A stretch of 32,000 bases of DNA from Erysipelotrichaceae bacterium (GTDB lineage Bacteria; Bacillota_I; Bacilli_A; Erysipelotrichales; Erysipelotrichaceae). The stretch is from NCBI GenBank assembly GCA_030604855.1, contig JAUVVC010000009.1:36868-68867 (forward strand), in the 5' to 3' direction. Under the pieces are notes generated by a model. The model searched no databases, was not told the DNA's origin, and saw nothing but the letters and a program-made list of their open reading frames with translations. The first letter of the stretch is position 1; each line of letters opens with the position of its first letter. Below are positions 8,849 to 19,500 of the stretch, one piece after another. A program made the translations under genes and the position numbers.

Positions 8849-9753
8849 TGGATCAATACGCAAAATATCAAACTTACGGTGAAATCAAATATCATGTATC
8901 CTTAAAGAAATACACAAGTATTAGAGTGGGTGGGACTGTGGATGCGATGATTTTTCCGCATGATTTGAATGCATTATTGGGTTTGTTAAAAGAACTACAT
9001 GAAGATGTGCTTGAGTTTAAAGTATGGGGAATGGGGTCCAATATTCTAGCATCGGATGAACCTTATCATGGATTGATCGTCAAATTGGATCGATGTTTGA
9101 AGTCAGTCGTCTTTCAAGCCAACAAAGTCTATGTCCAAGCAGGGGTCAGTTTGATCGCTTTGGCTTATTTAGCTGCGGATCATGCGCTTAGCGGTTTTGA
9201 GTTCGCATCCGGAATACCAGGTTCTGTGGGTGGTGCCTTGTTTATGAATGCAGGTGCTTATAAACATGATATCTATGAGTGTTTGGAAAAAGTTCTGGTT
9301 TATCGGAATTCGCGTGCAGAATGGCTTGATAAGAGTGAAATCGAAGTGAAATATCGTCATACGAGCTTTATGAATCATCGCAATTGGATTATTCTTGAGG
9401 CTGTGTTCAATTGTAACGAAGCGGATAAACAACGTATCATGAATACAATGGATGGACGAAGACAACGGCGTATCGAATCACAACCCTTGGATCTACCGAG
9501 TGCGGGCAGTGTCTTCAGAAATCCAGAAACAATGAGTGCCTGGTCTTGCATCGATGCGGTTGGCTTGAGAGGGCATCGTATTGGAGGTGCAATGTTTTCA
9601 GAAAAGCACAGCAACTTCATTGTGAATGTTGATGAGGCGAAGGCACAAGACATATTGAATCTGATTCAATTGGCACAAGCAAAAGTTGATGAAGAGTTTG
9701 GCATCAAGCTTAAACCAGAAATCGAGTTCTTCAATTGGAGCAGCTATGACTGA
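8848..9753 (+). CDS. murB: UDP-N-acetylenolpyruvoylglucosamine reductase MurB
   Basis: FAD-binding domain (TSIRVGGTVD, GMGSNIL) and C-terminal SAGSVFRNP. The ATG overlaps the murG TGA (TGATG). Confidence 0.95.
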   Translation: MDQYAKYQTYGEIKYHVSLKKYTSIRVGGTVDAMIFPHDLNALLGLLKELHEDVLEFKVWGMGSNILASDEPYHGLIVKLDRCLKSVVFQANKVYVQAGVSLIALAYLAADHALSGFEFASGIPGSVGGALFMNAGAYKHDIYECLEKVLVYRNSRAEWLDKSEIEVKYRHTSFMNHRNWIILEAVFNCNEADKQRIMNTMDGRRQRRIESQPLDLPSAGSVFRNPETMSAWSCIDAVGLRGHRIGGAMFSEKHSNFIVNVDEAKAQDILNLIQLAQAKVDEEFGIKLKPEIEFFNWSSYD

Positions 9754-10501
9754 GATTCCATCGGTCGATGTGTTGATTGCGGAACAACGTGCCAAGAAAC
9801 AAGCGATGAAACGGATACGAATCAAACGATTTCTAATCAGCATGCTGTTTATTTTATGTTTTGTTGGCTCAACGCTTGGCATCATTCGATTCGACATTTT
9901 CAACATTAAGAAAATCGATGTGATCGGCAACCGAGTTTTGAAGACAGCCTATCTTCAAGAAAACCTGTGGTCACAGACACTAAGCAAAGTTGGTTTGACC
10001 TCAGGTGTACATCTTAGTGCAAAAATTGAGGATGAAGCCTTGATCGCATCGTATTCGATTCGCTATCCACGTTTCAATGAAATCATGATTCAGATCACCG
10101 AATATCGAATCTTAGCGCATCTCATCGATCAAAATCAGTTGTTGTTAGAAAACAATCAGGTTGTCGATTTGGATGTATCCTCAATGAATGAACCGATTGG
10201 AGTTCCTTTGATCAGTGGCTACTCAGATCCTGTTGCTCATGAACGGCTTGCAGAAGCGTTATTGAGTTTGAGTGCAGAAAATTTGATGAACATCTCAGAG
10301 CTCAAGCGTGAGCCCAAATCGTATGATTCTTATTATGCTCATCTCAGGATGATGGATGGCATCCAGGTCTATACGGCGTTGTCCAGCTTGCATGTCTTGA
10401 ATGATTATCTTAAGATTCGCAATGCTTTGAACCCTGAACATGATTGTATAGCGATTGACGAAATCACAGCAGTACCGTATAGTTTCTCTTGTGCCTCTTA
10501 A
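9746..10501 (+). CDS. divIB: Cell division protein DivIB/FtsQ (single TM segment plus POTRA)
   Basis: Basic cytoplasmic N-terminus, TM segment FLISMLFILCFVGSTLGII, POTRA-like IKKIDVIGNRVL. The ATG at 9746 overlaps the murB end by 8 nt. Confidence 0.8.
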   Translation: MTEIPSVDVLIAEQRAKKQAMKRIRIKRFLISMLFILCFVGSTLGIIRFDIFNIKKIDVIGNRVLKTAYLQENLWSQTLSKVGLTSGVHLSAKIEDEALIASYSIRYPRFNEIMIQITEYRILAHLIDQNQLLLENNQVVDLDVSSMNEPIGVPLISGYSDPVAHERLAEALLSLSAENLMNISELKREPKSYDSYYAHLRMMDGIQVYTALSSLHVLNDYLKIRNALNPEHDCIAIDEITAVPYSFSCAS

Positions 10502-10524
10502 AATGTGAAAAAGGCAGATTTTTT
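10492..10524 (+). terminator. Possible weak terminator after divIB
   Basis: TGCCT(C)TT...AAAGGCA imperfect stem followed by GATTTTTT. Confidence 0.4.
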
Positions 10525-10532
10525 GTTATAAT
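10524..10532 (+). promoter_or_regulatory. Extended -10 promoter for asp23-family/yloV
   Basis: TGtTATAAT lies 23 nt upstream of the ATG at 10556, with SD AAAAGGAGA. Confidence 0.6.
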
Positions 10533-10555
10533 GAACTTGTTAAAAGGAGATCAGT

Positions 10556-10915
10556 ATGTCAATAGAGCGTTCAACGCAATTAGGTAATATCAATATCTCG
10601 CACGATGCGATTGCTAGTTTGGCCGGTGGAGTCGTAACCGAGTGTTATGGTGTTGTTGGTATGGCTTCGCAGAAAGTTGTTAAAGATGGAATCGCTGAAT
10701 TGCTACGTAAAGAAAATTATAGTAAAGGTGTCATTGTTCGTGATGGGGCCAAGGGCTTGGAACTTGATCTTTATTTGATCATCGGTTTTGGCGTTAAAAT
10801 ATCTGAGGTCGTCAATGAAGTGCAAAAGAAAGTCAAGTATGTTTTGGAAAAGTCATTGGATCTGAAGTTCAATGCAATCAATGTATATGTCCAAGGCGTT
10901 CGGGTAATTGGTTAG
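10556..10915 (+). CDS. Asp23/Gls24 family envelope stress protein (YloU-like)
   Basis: ISHDAIASLAGGVVTECYGVVGM... is typical of Asp23/DUF322. Conserved pairing with yloV. Confidence 0.88.
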   Translation: MSIERSTQLGNINISHDAIASLAGGVVTECYGVVGMASQKVVKDGIAELLRKENYSKGVIVRDGAKGLELDLYLIIGFGVKISEVVNEVQKKVKYVLEKSLDLKFNAINVYVQGVRVIG

Positions 10916-10919
10916 AACT

Positions 10920-12548
10920 ATGAATAAATTAGACGGATCGTTGTTCAAATCAATGTTGGTGAGTGGTGCGAACAATTTAAGCAACCATCACCATGAAGTA
11001 GATGCATTAAATGTTTTTCCTGTGCCGGATGGGGATACAGGTACAAATATGAATCTCACATTCAGTGCAGGTGTTAAGGATACACAATCCATCCTCACCA
11101 TGAATGTAGGCGATATCGCAAAAGTCTTGTCTAAAGGTTTATTGATGGGAGCACGGGGAAATTCGGGAGTCATCTTGTCGCAGATCTTTAGAGGCTTTTA
11201 TCAAAGCGTTGATGGCAAAGCCGATATCTATGCCAAGGATTTTGCGGATGCATTCGTAAAGGGTACCGAAATTGCTTATAAAGCAGTCATGCGTCCTGTT
11301 GAAGGGACGATTCTTACGGTTTTACGTGAAAGCAGCAAACAAGCTCAGGATTATCTGAAAACGTATCCTGAGAAAGATATTTTGGAATACTTTGATTTCT
11401 TGATCGCTTCTGCGCATGAATCGTTATTGAGAACACCGGATCTTCTACCTGTTTTAAAGGAAGTGGGTGTTGTGGATAGTGGTGCGTATGGCTACATCAA
11501 GATTCTTGAAGGGTTCAGATTGGGTTTACAGGGCAAACCTGTACCACTTCTCGATAATATAGAAGTCGGTGAAGGGGTTCAAAAGAACATTGAGAATGAA
11601 GAGTTTGGTTACTGTACGGAGTTTATCGTACGCTTGACACCTGAATTGATTGATACATTCAGTGAAACAGAGTTACGTGAGCGTTTATCACGTTTGGGCG
11701 ATTCGATCGTTGTGGTTCAAGATGAAGAAATCGTCAAAGTTCATATCCATACCTTGACGCCTGGGGATGCATTGAATCTAGGCCAACGTTATGGTGATTT
11801 TGTTAAGTTGAAGATTGAAAACATGCAGGAGCAACATGAGCATTTGACCCACATGGCACCTGAGTTGAAACCTGTTGTCAAAGAGAAGCAGAAATATGCC
11901 ATCATAGCCGTGGCAGCAGGAGATGGTGTCAAAGAATTGTTTGAATCGTATCGCGTCGATGTGGTCATCAGTGGTGGACAGACCATGAATCCATCCACAG
12001 AAGATTTCGTTGCGGCGATTCAATCCCTCAATGCGGAACATATCTTCATTCTACCCAACAACTCCAACATTATTCTGGCCGCCCAACAAGCTGAATCTTT
12101 GATCGAAGATGCGGATGTACGTGTCTTGCCGACAAAGAGTATTCCTCAAGGTTTGAGTGCTTGCATCATGTTCAATCCAGAAGTTAGCGTGGATGAGAAT
12201 GTCACGGAAATGACGGAAGCTTTTAAGAATGTGAAAACCGCAATGGTCACGTATGCGATTAAAGACACCAGCTTTGAAGGTGTTTCAATCAACGCAGGTG
12301 ATTACATGGGTATTTTGGAAAAGCAGATCGTGTGCAGCACACAAGAGAAATTGGATGCGACCAAGAAATTACTGTTGGAGGCTGTCAAAGCTGAAGATGG
12401 TTTGATCACCATATTGGCGGGTGAAGATGTCAGTTCGGATGAACTTTCTGATATCGAGGCTTTCATTGGTGAGCATTTCGATCATTGCGAAGTTGAAGTC
12501 ACGCTAGGACGTCAACCAGTATATTCATTTATATTTGGAATTGAGTAA
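10920..12548 (+). CDS. yloV: DAK2 domain-containing protein YloV (DAK2 plus DegV-like fusion)
   Basis: LNVFPVPDGDTGTNM and RGNSGVILSQ. An alternative TTG start at 10908 is possible. Confidence 0.9.
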   Translation: MNKLDGSLFKSMLVSGANNLSNHHHEVDALNVFPVPDGDTGTNMNLTFSAGVKDTQSILTMNVGDIAKVLSKGLLMGARGNSGVILSQIFRGFYQSVDGKADIYAKDFADAFVKGTEIAYKAVMRPVEGTILTVLRESSKQAQDYLKTYPEKDILEYFDFLIASAHESLLRTPDLLPVLKEVGVVDSGAYGYIKILEGFRLGLQGKPVPLLDNIEVGEGVQKNIENEEFGYCTEFIVRLTPELIDTFSETELRERLSRLGDSIVVVQDEEIVKVHIHTLTPGDALNLGQRYGDFVKLKIENMQEQHEHLTHMAPELKPVVKEKQKYAIIAVAAGDGVKELFESYRVDVVISGGQTMNPSTEDFVAAIQSLNAEHIFILPNNSNIILAAQQAESLIEDADVRVLPTKSIPQGLSACIMFNPEVSVDENVTEMTEAFKNVKTAMVTYAIKDTSFEGVSINAGDYMGILEKQIVCSTQEKLDATKKLLLEAVKAEDGLITILAGEDVSSDELSDIEAFIGEHFDHCEVEVTLGRQPVYSFIFGIE

Positions 12549-12570
12549 GAGGGCGTCAGCCCTTTTCTTT
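12549..12570 (+). terminator. Short hairpin plus T-rich tract between yloV and recG (weak terminator or attenuator)
   Basis: GAGGGC-GTCA-GCCCTT followed by TTCTTTT. It ends 1 nt before the recG ATG. Confidence 0.45.
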
Positions 12571-12571
12571 T

Positions 12572-14557
12572 ATGGAACTGAAACAATTAAAATTGAGCAA
12601 GCGAATGATTGAAAAATGTACTGAAGCAGGTTTCAATGAAATTGAAGACCTACTTTGGTTTTTTCCTGTACGTTATGAAGAAATTCGCCAGAAAGCATTC
12701 TCGGATTGGTTGGTGAATGATAAAATCTGGCTCGAAGGAACCATTGTGGATCCATTCAAACAAGTCTATCTACCGAAGAATCGAAGTGTGACAAAGTTTC
12801 ATTTCCAAAGCTTGGAAGGCCTTTTTCAGGTGACGATTTTCAATCGGCCTTGGTTGAAACTCAATCAGCACATCACGCTACAGGCGCGCTACGATGGACA
12901 GAATCAACTTACAGGGCTTCAATACAATGCTCAAGCTTTGATGGATCAACTCGGTTTGGTTCCGATTTATGCATTACGTAAAGAGTTGACGCAAAAGGAC
13001 ATGCATAAACTTGTCGATAAAGCATTCGTGTTTCTTGATCAGTGCATTAAAAATGATGTGCCAGATGTTTTTCGTGAGCGCTATCGCTTATTAAGACTGA
13101 AAGATGCACTTCATTATATCCATAAACCCCATACGATGGAAGCGGTTGTGCAAGCTTCACGAACATTGAAATATGAAGAGTTTCTTCGTTTTCAAACCAA
13201 GTTGCAGGTAAACCGATCCATCAACTTCAGTGGTCAATTCGGAAAAGTTAAGGTATTTGATCGTAGATTGGTTCAAACTTGGATGAAACAACTTCCGTTT
13301 GAGCTCACAGCGGATCAAAAACAGGTTCTCAATGAAATACTTGATGATCTTCAATCCAAGCATCGTATGAATCGACTTTTACAAGGGGATGTTGGAAGTG
13401 GTAAAACAGTCATCGCAGCATTGGCGATGTATGCGACGTCATTGGCTCATTATCAAAGTGCTCTACTAGCGCCTACTGAAATCCTAGCTCGCCAACACGC
13501 TGAGACACTTAAACAATATCTGCCGAAAACGCTGCGGATTGAGGTGCTCTATTCATCATTATCTACGCAACAGAAGCGTAAGATTTTGACTGATCTCAAA
13601 AACAACGAGATCGACATCTTGGTAGGCACACATTCTTTGATACAGGAAGAAGTTCGATTCGCAAACTGTGGTCTGGTCGTCGCGGATGAGCAACATCGTT
13701 TTGGTGTGAAACAACGACAATCTTTGAGTGAAAAAGGAGACAAAGTCGACTTTCTATTGATGAGTGCGACACCGATTCCACGTACATTGGCAGCAGTTCT
13801 ATTCAACGATGTGGAGATATCTACGATTACAAATTACCATTCCTCTAAACAAAATACACAAACCTTCTTGATTCGTGAGAACAGCATCAAACCCATTTAC
13901 GATCAAATTCTAAAGCGCCTTGAGGAGAAGGATCAAGTTTATTTTGTCTGTCCCAGCATTGAACAAAGTGATCGACCTACAAAGAGTGTTGAGATCATTG
14001 AAGCAGCTTTAAAAAGAGGATTACCGAAACATATTCGAATCGGAGTCTTGCATGGTCGATTGACCGCGGAAGAAAAGACACGTGTGCTTGAATGCTTCTA
14101 TGCACAGGAATACGACTGCTTGGTCACTACGACAGTCATTGAAGTTGGTGTGAACATCCAATCGGCCAATACGATGGTCGTTTATGATAGTGATCGCTTT
14201 GGTTTATCGCAGCTTCATCAACTTCGTGGACGGGTTGGTCGAGGAAGTGTCGAGGGACGTTGTTTCTTATTGACTGACAGTGAGGATGAATTGAGTCTGG
14301 AGCGCTTGAATGTGTTGGTTGAAAGTCAAGATGGCTTTGAGATTGCGAATAAAGATCTTGCGCTACGGGGGCCTGGAGAGATTTTTGGTTTGAAGCAGAG
14401 TGGAATTCCAAGCTTTTTGATTGCGAATGTGGTGACGGATCAAGCCATTTTGATGACAGCGCAAAAAGATGGCCAAGAAATCATGAAGAATCCAAGTCAA
14501 TATAATGCATGGTTAGAGCATTGTCGAAAAGAACTTGAGACCCAAGTGGTGGATTAA
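12572..14557 (+). CDS. recG: ATP-dependent DNA helicase RecG
   Basis: Wedge domain followed by SF2 motifs GDVGSGKT, DEQHRFG and QLRGRVGRG. No SD is visible upstream. Confidence 0.96.
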   Translation: MELKQLKLSKRMIEKCTEAGFNEIEDLLWFFPVRYEEIRQKAFSDWLVNDKIWLEGTIVDPFKQVYLPKNRSVTKFHFQSLEGLFQVTIFNRPWLKLNQHITLQARYDGQNQLTGLQYNAQALMDQLGLVPIYALRKELTQKDMHKLVDKAFVFLDQCIKNDVPDVFRERYRLLRLKDALHYIHKPHTMEAVVQASRTLKYEEFLRFQTKLQVNRSINFSGQFGKVKVFDRRLVQTWMKQLPFELTADQKQVLNEILDDLQSKHRMNRLLQGDVGSGKTVIAALAMYATSLAHYQSALLAPTEILARQHAETLKQYLPKTLRIEVLYSSLSTQQKRKILTDLKNNEIDILVGTHSLIQEEVRFANCGLVVADEQHRFGVKQRQSLSEKGDKVDFLLMSATPIPRTLAAVLFNDVEISTITNYHSSKQNTQTFLIRENSIKPIYDQILKRLEEKDQVYFVCPSIEQSDRPTKSVEIIEAALKRGLPKHIRIGVLHGRLTAEEKTRVLECFYAQEYDCLVTTTVIEVGVNIQSANTMVVYDSDRFGLSQLHQLRGRVGRGSVEGRCFLLTDSEDELSLERLNVLVESQDGFEIANKDLALRGPGEIFGLKQSGIPSFLIANVVTDQAILMTAQKDGQEIMKNPSQYNAWLEHCRKELETQVVD

Positions 14558-14559
14558 GG

Positions 14560-14565
14560 TATAAT
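14560..14565 (+). promoter_or_regulatory. TATAAT box placed for a leaderless rnc transcript (candidate)
   Basis: TATAAT, then 6 nt (AATCGT), then ATG at 14572. The only SD-like element is AAGG, 12 nt upstream. Confidence 0.35.
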
Positions 14566-14571
14566 AATCGT

Positions 14572-15255
14572 ATGAATCTACACGAATGGCTAAAGCAACA
14601 TCACATCAAAGTCAATGACCTTAAGTCAATTGAATTGGCATTTATTCATCGATCCTACTTTCATGAGAATCCAAATCAATACAGTGAAGACAATCAGCGT
14701 CTGGAGTTCATCGGTGACGCAGTCTTACAGCTCTGGTCTGCGAATCATCTTTTTCATTTGACTCCTAAGTTGAACGAGGGCGAGATGACGAAGCTCCGCG
14801 CACAATTGGTTTGTGAACAATCACTGGCTCAAATCGCTTTTAAACTGGAACTCAATCAATTCTTGAAATTGGGTCATGGTGAGCAAAACGATCAAGGACA
14901 GAATCGTGATTCAACGGTTGCGGATATGTTCGAAGCTTTTTTAGGTGCACTTTATTTAGACTCTGGGTTTATGACCGTGGATGGTATTTTACGTGATGTT
15001 TATAAGAACTTGAACGATTTCAAAGATGCTCGTTTGGTTAAAGATTATAAAACAGAGTTACAGGAATATGTACAAGCCGATGATAAGCGTACGATTGCCT
15101 ATGTTTTGTTGAGTACAAGTGGACCTTCGAATCAAAGAATTTTTGAAATCAGTGTTCAAATCGATGGCATCAGTTATGGTAAAGGAAAGGGCAGTTCAAA
15201 GAAACGTGCGGAACAAGCGGCTGCACAGGAAGCTTTGAAGAAATTGGTGAAGTAA
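14572..15255 (+). CDS. rnc: Ribonuclease III
   Basis: Signature NQRLEFIGDAVL, ADMFEAFLGALYLD, and a C-terminal dsRBD (KDYKTELQEYVQ...KKRAEQAAAQEAL). Confidence 0.96.
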   Translation: MNLHEWLKQHHIKVNDLKSIELAFIHRSYFHENPNQYSEDNQRLEFIGDAVLQLWSANHLFHLTPKLNEGEMTKLRAQLVCEQSLAQIAFKLELNQFLKLGHGEQNDQGQNRDSTVADMFEAFLGALYLDSGFMTVDGILRDVYKNLNDFKDARLVKDYKTELQEYVQADDKRTIAYVLLSTSGPSNQRIFEISVQIDGISYGKGKGSSKKRAEQAAAQEALKKLVK

Positions 15256-16539
15256 ATGAAATTTGAACTGTTTAATGAGGCAATCGGCTTAAGCTACGAA
15301 GAGGCTGTCAAAGAAGCTGAACGCTGTTTGAATTGTCGTCATAAACCCTGTGTCGATGGTTGTGTTGCTCACATGGAGATTCCTTCCATGATCAAGGCAT
15401 TCCTTGAAGGGCGTGGTGAAGAGGCCAAAGCAATCGCAGAGACAAGAAATAGTTTTCCTGAGTTTTGTGGTCGTGTTTGTTATCAAGACATTCAATGTGA
15501 AGCAAAATGTGTTCGAATGAAACAGAATGCTCCCGTTAAGATTGGTCTGATTGAACGTTTCATCGCGGACCATTATGAGTCCGTTAAAACAACTCAAGCC
15601 AAGGTGAATAAGAAATTTGCAATCATTGGTTCTGGTCCATCGGGTTTGGCTTGTGCTTCAACTTTGATTCAAGCTGGATTTGATGTGACCGTTTTCGAGA
15701 AGAAAGCGATTTTGGGTGGTGTTTTGAAATTTGGGATTCCACCGTATCGTTTACCGAATGAAATTGTCGATACGCGCATCCAAGAACTCATGAATCTCGG
15801 AGTTAAGTTCAAAATCGAAGAGAATTTTGGACGGACACGAAGTTACCATGAGTTGTTTAATGAAGGTTTCGTTGGAATGTATCTTGCGATGGGAGCATCG
15901 AAGCAGAATTTCGGTAAGATTGAAGGTTCTGAACACTTTAAAGTCATCGGATGGAAGCAATTTCTCAGTATCTTGAATATTGGTGAGAAATCATTCCGTG
16001 AACACTTCGCACACATCAAACGTCTTTGTGTCGTGGGAGGTGGCAATGTGGCGATGGATGTGGCCATCAGTGCAGCTAAATTCGGCATTGAAACACATCT
16101 TGTTTATCGTCGAACCATCGATCTGATGCCTGCACGTAAGGCGGAAGTTGAAGAATGTATTCATTTGGGAGTTCAAGTCCATGAACTTTGCGATCCGGTG
16201 AAAGTCAGTGAAAAGGGTGAGATGATCCATGTTGAGTGCAAACGTACACAGTTGATCAAAGTGGATGAACTGGATCGTGGTACCATCGTTGATGCGGAGG
16301 GTCGTTTTGATTTGGATGTGGACCTGATGGTCATGGCGATTGGCTCCAGTGTCAAACGCTTGAACTTTGAGGGTTTGAATTTGGATGGACAAGGTCGTAT
16401 TCTTGTGAATGAGCATTATGAAACGAATATTCCGGGTGTTTTCGCAGCAGGGGATGTCGTCACAGGACCTAAAACCGTTATTCACGCTTTGGCAGCTGGA
16501 AAGCTTGCAGCTGAAAAGATCATAGAAAGATATATATAA
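15256..16539 (+). CDS. GltD/NfnB/SudA-family NAD(P)H-dependent Fe-S flavoprotein oxidoreductase (glutamate synthase small-subunit-like)
   Basis: N-terminal Cys clusters CLNCRHKPCVDGC and CGRVCYQDIQCEAKC. Dinucleotide folds IIGSGPSGLACA and VVGGGNVAMDVA. C-terminal GVFAAGDVVTG. Confidence 0.85.
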   Translation: MKFELFNEAIGLSYEEAVKEAERCLNCRHKPCVDGCVAHMEIPSMIKAFLEGRGEEAKAIAETRNSFPEFCGRVCYQDIQCEAKCVRMKQNAPVKIGLIERFIADHYESVKTTQAKVNKKFAIIGSGPSGLACASTLIQAGFDVTVFEKKAILGGVLKFGIPPYRLPNEIVDTRIQELMNLGVKFKIEENFGRTRSYHELFNEGFVGMYLAMGASKQNFGKIEGSEHFKVIGWKQFLSILNIGEKSFREHFAHIKRLCVVGGGNVAMDVAISAAKFGIETHLVYRRTIDLMPARKAEVEECIHLGVQVHELCDPVKVSEKGEMIHVECKRTQLIKVDELDRGTIVDAEGRFDLDVDLMVMAIGSSVKRLNFEGLNLDGQGRILVNEHYETNIPGVFAAGDVVTGPKTVIHALAAGKLAAEKIIERYI

Positions 16540-19500
16540 ATGTTAGACATAAAACCGCTTATCAATAAAATGAACTTAGACTTACTTGATCAAGTCTATT
16601 TCAATGATGCCTTTATCCAACGTGTTCAGTTTTATCGTGATGAACGACGTGTCGTATTGGAATTGAAATTGAAGCAGAATTTGACATTTGACTTGTATCA
16701 AAAGTTTGTGCAAGAACTCGAAAAGATCCTGGGTGTGCAGACGACGTTGTTATTGAATGTGCAAGACAATGATTTGACACAAAAAGATCTTCAACGTTAC
16801 GTCAATCATTGCATTGACGAGAACCATTGGAGTCTATTACAAAATAACCGTTTGTATACGTTTGAACAAGACATCCTTTATTTCATGGTTGAGAGCCATG
16901 TGGATGCCTTTCTTATGGAACGTCAATTATCTGAGCTGTCCAACGCATTGAGAATTTATGGAATCGATTACGCATGTAAACAACGTGTTGCCTCACAAAG
17001 CATTGAAATCGAGGAGGTTCCTGTCATTATACAAGAGGAGCCTGAATTCAATCGAAATCCTGCCAAGACCAAGCGCATAAAAAAAGAAGACAGTTTGTTG
17101 GTTCCTTTAAAGGATTGTGTTTTAGGAATGAAAGGAATCAAGATTCAGGGGAAGATCTTTAACATCGAAAGCCAATGGATCAAAAACAATACGACGTTAA
17201 GACAAACCGTATTCTTGCATGATGAAGAAGATGCTTTATCATTCAGTCAGTTTTTAGATAATAAAGAAGAAATTGATAAATATGGTTTACTTAAAAAAGG
17301 GGATTGCTTGGAAATTTATGGAGACATCATTTATGATAACTTCAATAAAGACATCCAAATACAAGTTCGGGATATTCGAATCATTCCAGATTGGATGAAA
17401 CGAAGTGATGAAGCAAGTGATAAGCGAATCGAATTGCATTTGCATACCAACATGTCAGAAATGGATGGTGTTTCACCAATCGAAGCATACATCCAACAGG
17501 CTTATGATTGGGGTCATGATGCGATTGCAATCACGGATCATAATTCAGTTCAAGCCTATCCGAAAGCTCAAAAAGCTGTTGAGGCTTTGAATAAGAAGAA
17601 TCCGAATCGTAATTTTAAGATGATTTATGGTTTGGAAATGAACATGGTTGAATCGGGTTATTCAATCGTTCAAAATCCAAAAGGACAAAGCCTGCATGAT
17701 ACGACTTACGTTGTGTTGGATTTGGAGACAACTGGACTCTCATCGCATTTTGATGCGATCATCGAATTTGCGGCCGTTAAGGTTCAGGCTGGCATGATCG
17801 TGGATCGAATCCAAATGTTTGTTAACCCAAAGCGAAAATTGAGTTCGTTCAACATTGAAAAGACGCATATCAAACAAAGTGATGTGGATGCGGCTCATGA
17901 GTTGCATGATGTCATCGATACATGGTTGAAGTTTATTGGAGATGGAGTCATTCTAGCGCATAATGCTCGATTTGACATTGGTTTTCTAAATGCAGCTTTG
18001 TATGGTCTCAATCGTCCACATTTGACAAATACGGTCATCGATACCTTGGATCTTTCCAAAGCTTTATTGAAAGATAAGAAATATTATCGTCTTGGCGTCA
18101 TTGCGAAACATTTCAAGATTCCTTACGATGAAGCGGGAGCCCATAGAGCAGATTATGATACCGAAGTTTTATTGCAGGTCTATCAGAAGATGTTGGTACA
18201 CGATGCATGCTTAGGATTGAAAACGGTGGATCAGCTCAATGAACTTGATCAAAGCCTTGCTTTTCAGAAAAACATGAAGAATCATGTCAATTTATTGGCT
18301 AGGAATCAAGCGGGTTTGAAAGCGATTTTTGAGTTGGTTACGATCGCACATACGGCACGATTGACTAATTCCAGTGTCAATCGTGCCGAAAATGATGGCA
18401 TGAGCGAACCGCGCATCACGCGGGATGATATTCTATGTTTACGTAAAGATGTCTTGATTGGAAGTTCATGTTTCAATGGTGAGCTTTTTGAGTTGGCCGC
18501 AAATCGTTCTGATGAAGAATTGATCAAAGCGATTCAATTTTATGATTATGTTGAAGTACAACCACTCGAAAATTATCGACCCCTCGTAGAAAATGGAAGT
18601 GTTCCGGATATGGATCGATTGAAAGCAATTCTGATACGTTTGATTCAGACTTCAATTAAGCTTCAAAAACCAGTTCTTGCCAGTGGCGATGCTCATTATC
18701 TCAATCCAATGGATAAAAAGTTCAGAGATGTTTATATCCAAGCAAAAGGTGTTGGAGCAGGGCGACATCCTTTGTATATTTACAATGAAACACGTCGTAA
18801 AACAAGCATCGCACCAGACCAACACTTTAGAACAACAGATGAGATGTTGGATGCTTTTGCTTTTCTAGGATTAGACTTGGCGTATCGCTTGGTTGTATCC
18901 AATCCTCGCTTCGTCGCAAATCAAATTGAAACGGTTCATGCGATTAAGAAAGATCTTTATACGCCAAGCATTGAAGGTGCGGATGAGAAGCTCCGCATGC
19001 TTGTTTATGCCAATGCCTACGGAATTTATGGTGATGTCTTGCCAGAAATCGTCGTTGATCGTATTGAAAAAGAATTGAATTCAATCATCACCCATGGCTT
19101 TGGTGTCATTTACTACATTGCTCACTTGCTTGTCAAAAAATCGATTGAGGACGGCTATCTGGTTGGATCTCGAGGTTCTGTTGGGTCCTCCTTGGTCGCG
19201 ACGCTTGCGAACATCACCGAAGTCAATCCATTGGCACCGCATTATGTATGCATGAAATGCCATCATAGTGAATTCGTTTTAGATGGAAGTGTGGATAGTG
19301 GTTATGATCTACCGGATAAGAAGTGTCCTATTTGTGGATCGGATTTGCATATGGATGGACACGACATTCCATTTGAAACTTTCCTAGGGTTTGAAGGCGA
19401 TAAAGTACCGGATATTGATTTAAATTTTTCTGGTGATTATCAAGATAAGGCGCATGCATATACCAAGGTTCTTTTTGGCGAAGATCATGTCTATCGTGCA

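Noticed and set aside
15289-16485. Antisense ORFs (102, 81 and 164 aa) within the GltD-like gene.
   Set aside because: These are shadow ORFs opposite a gene with clear family motifs, and no translation signals are present.
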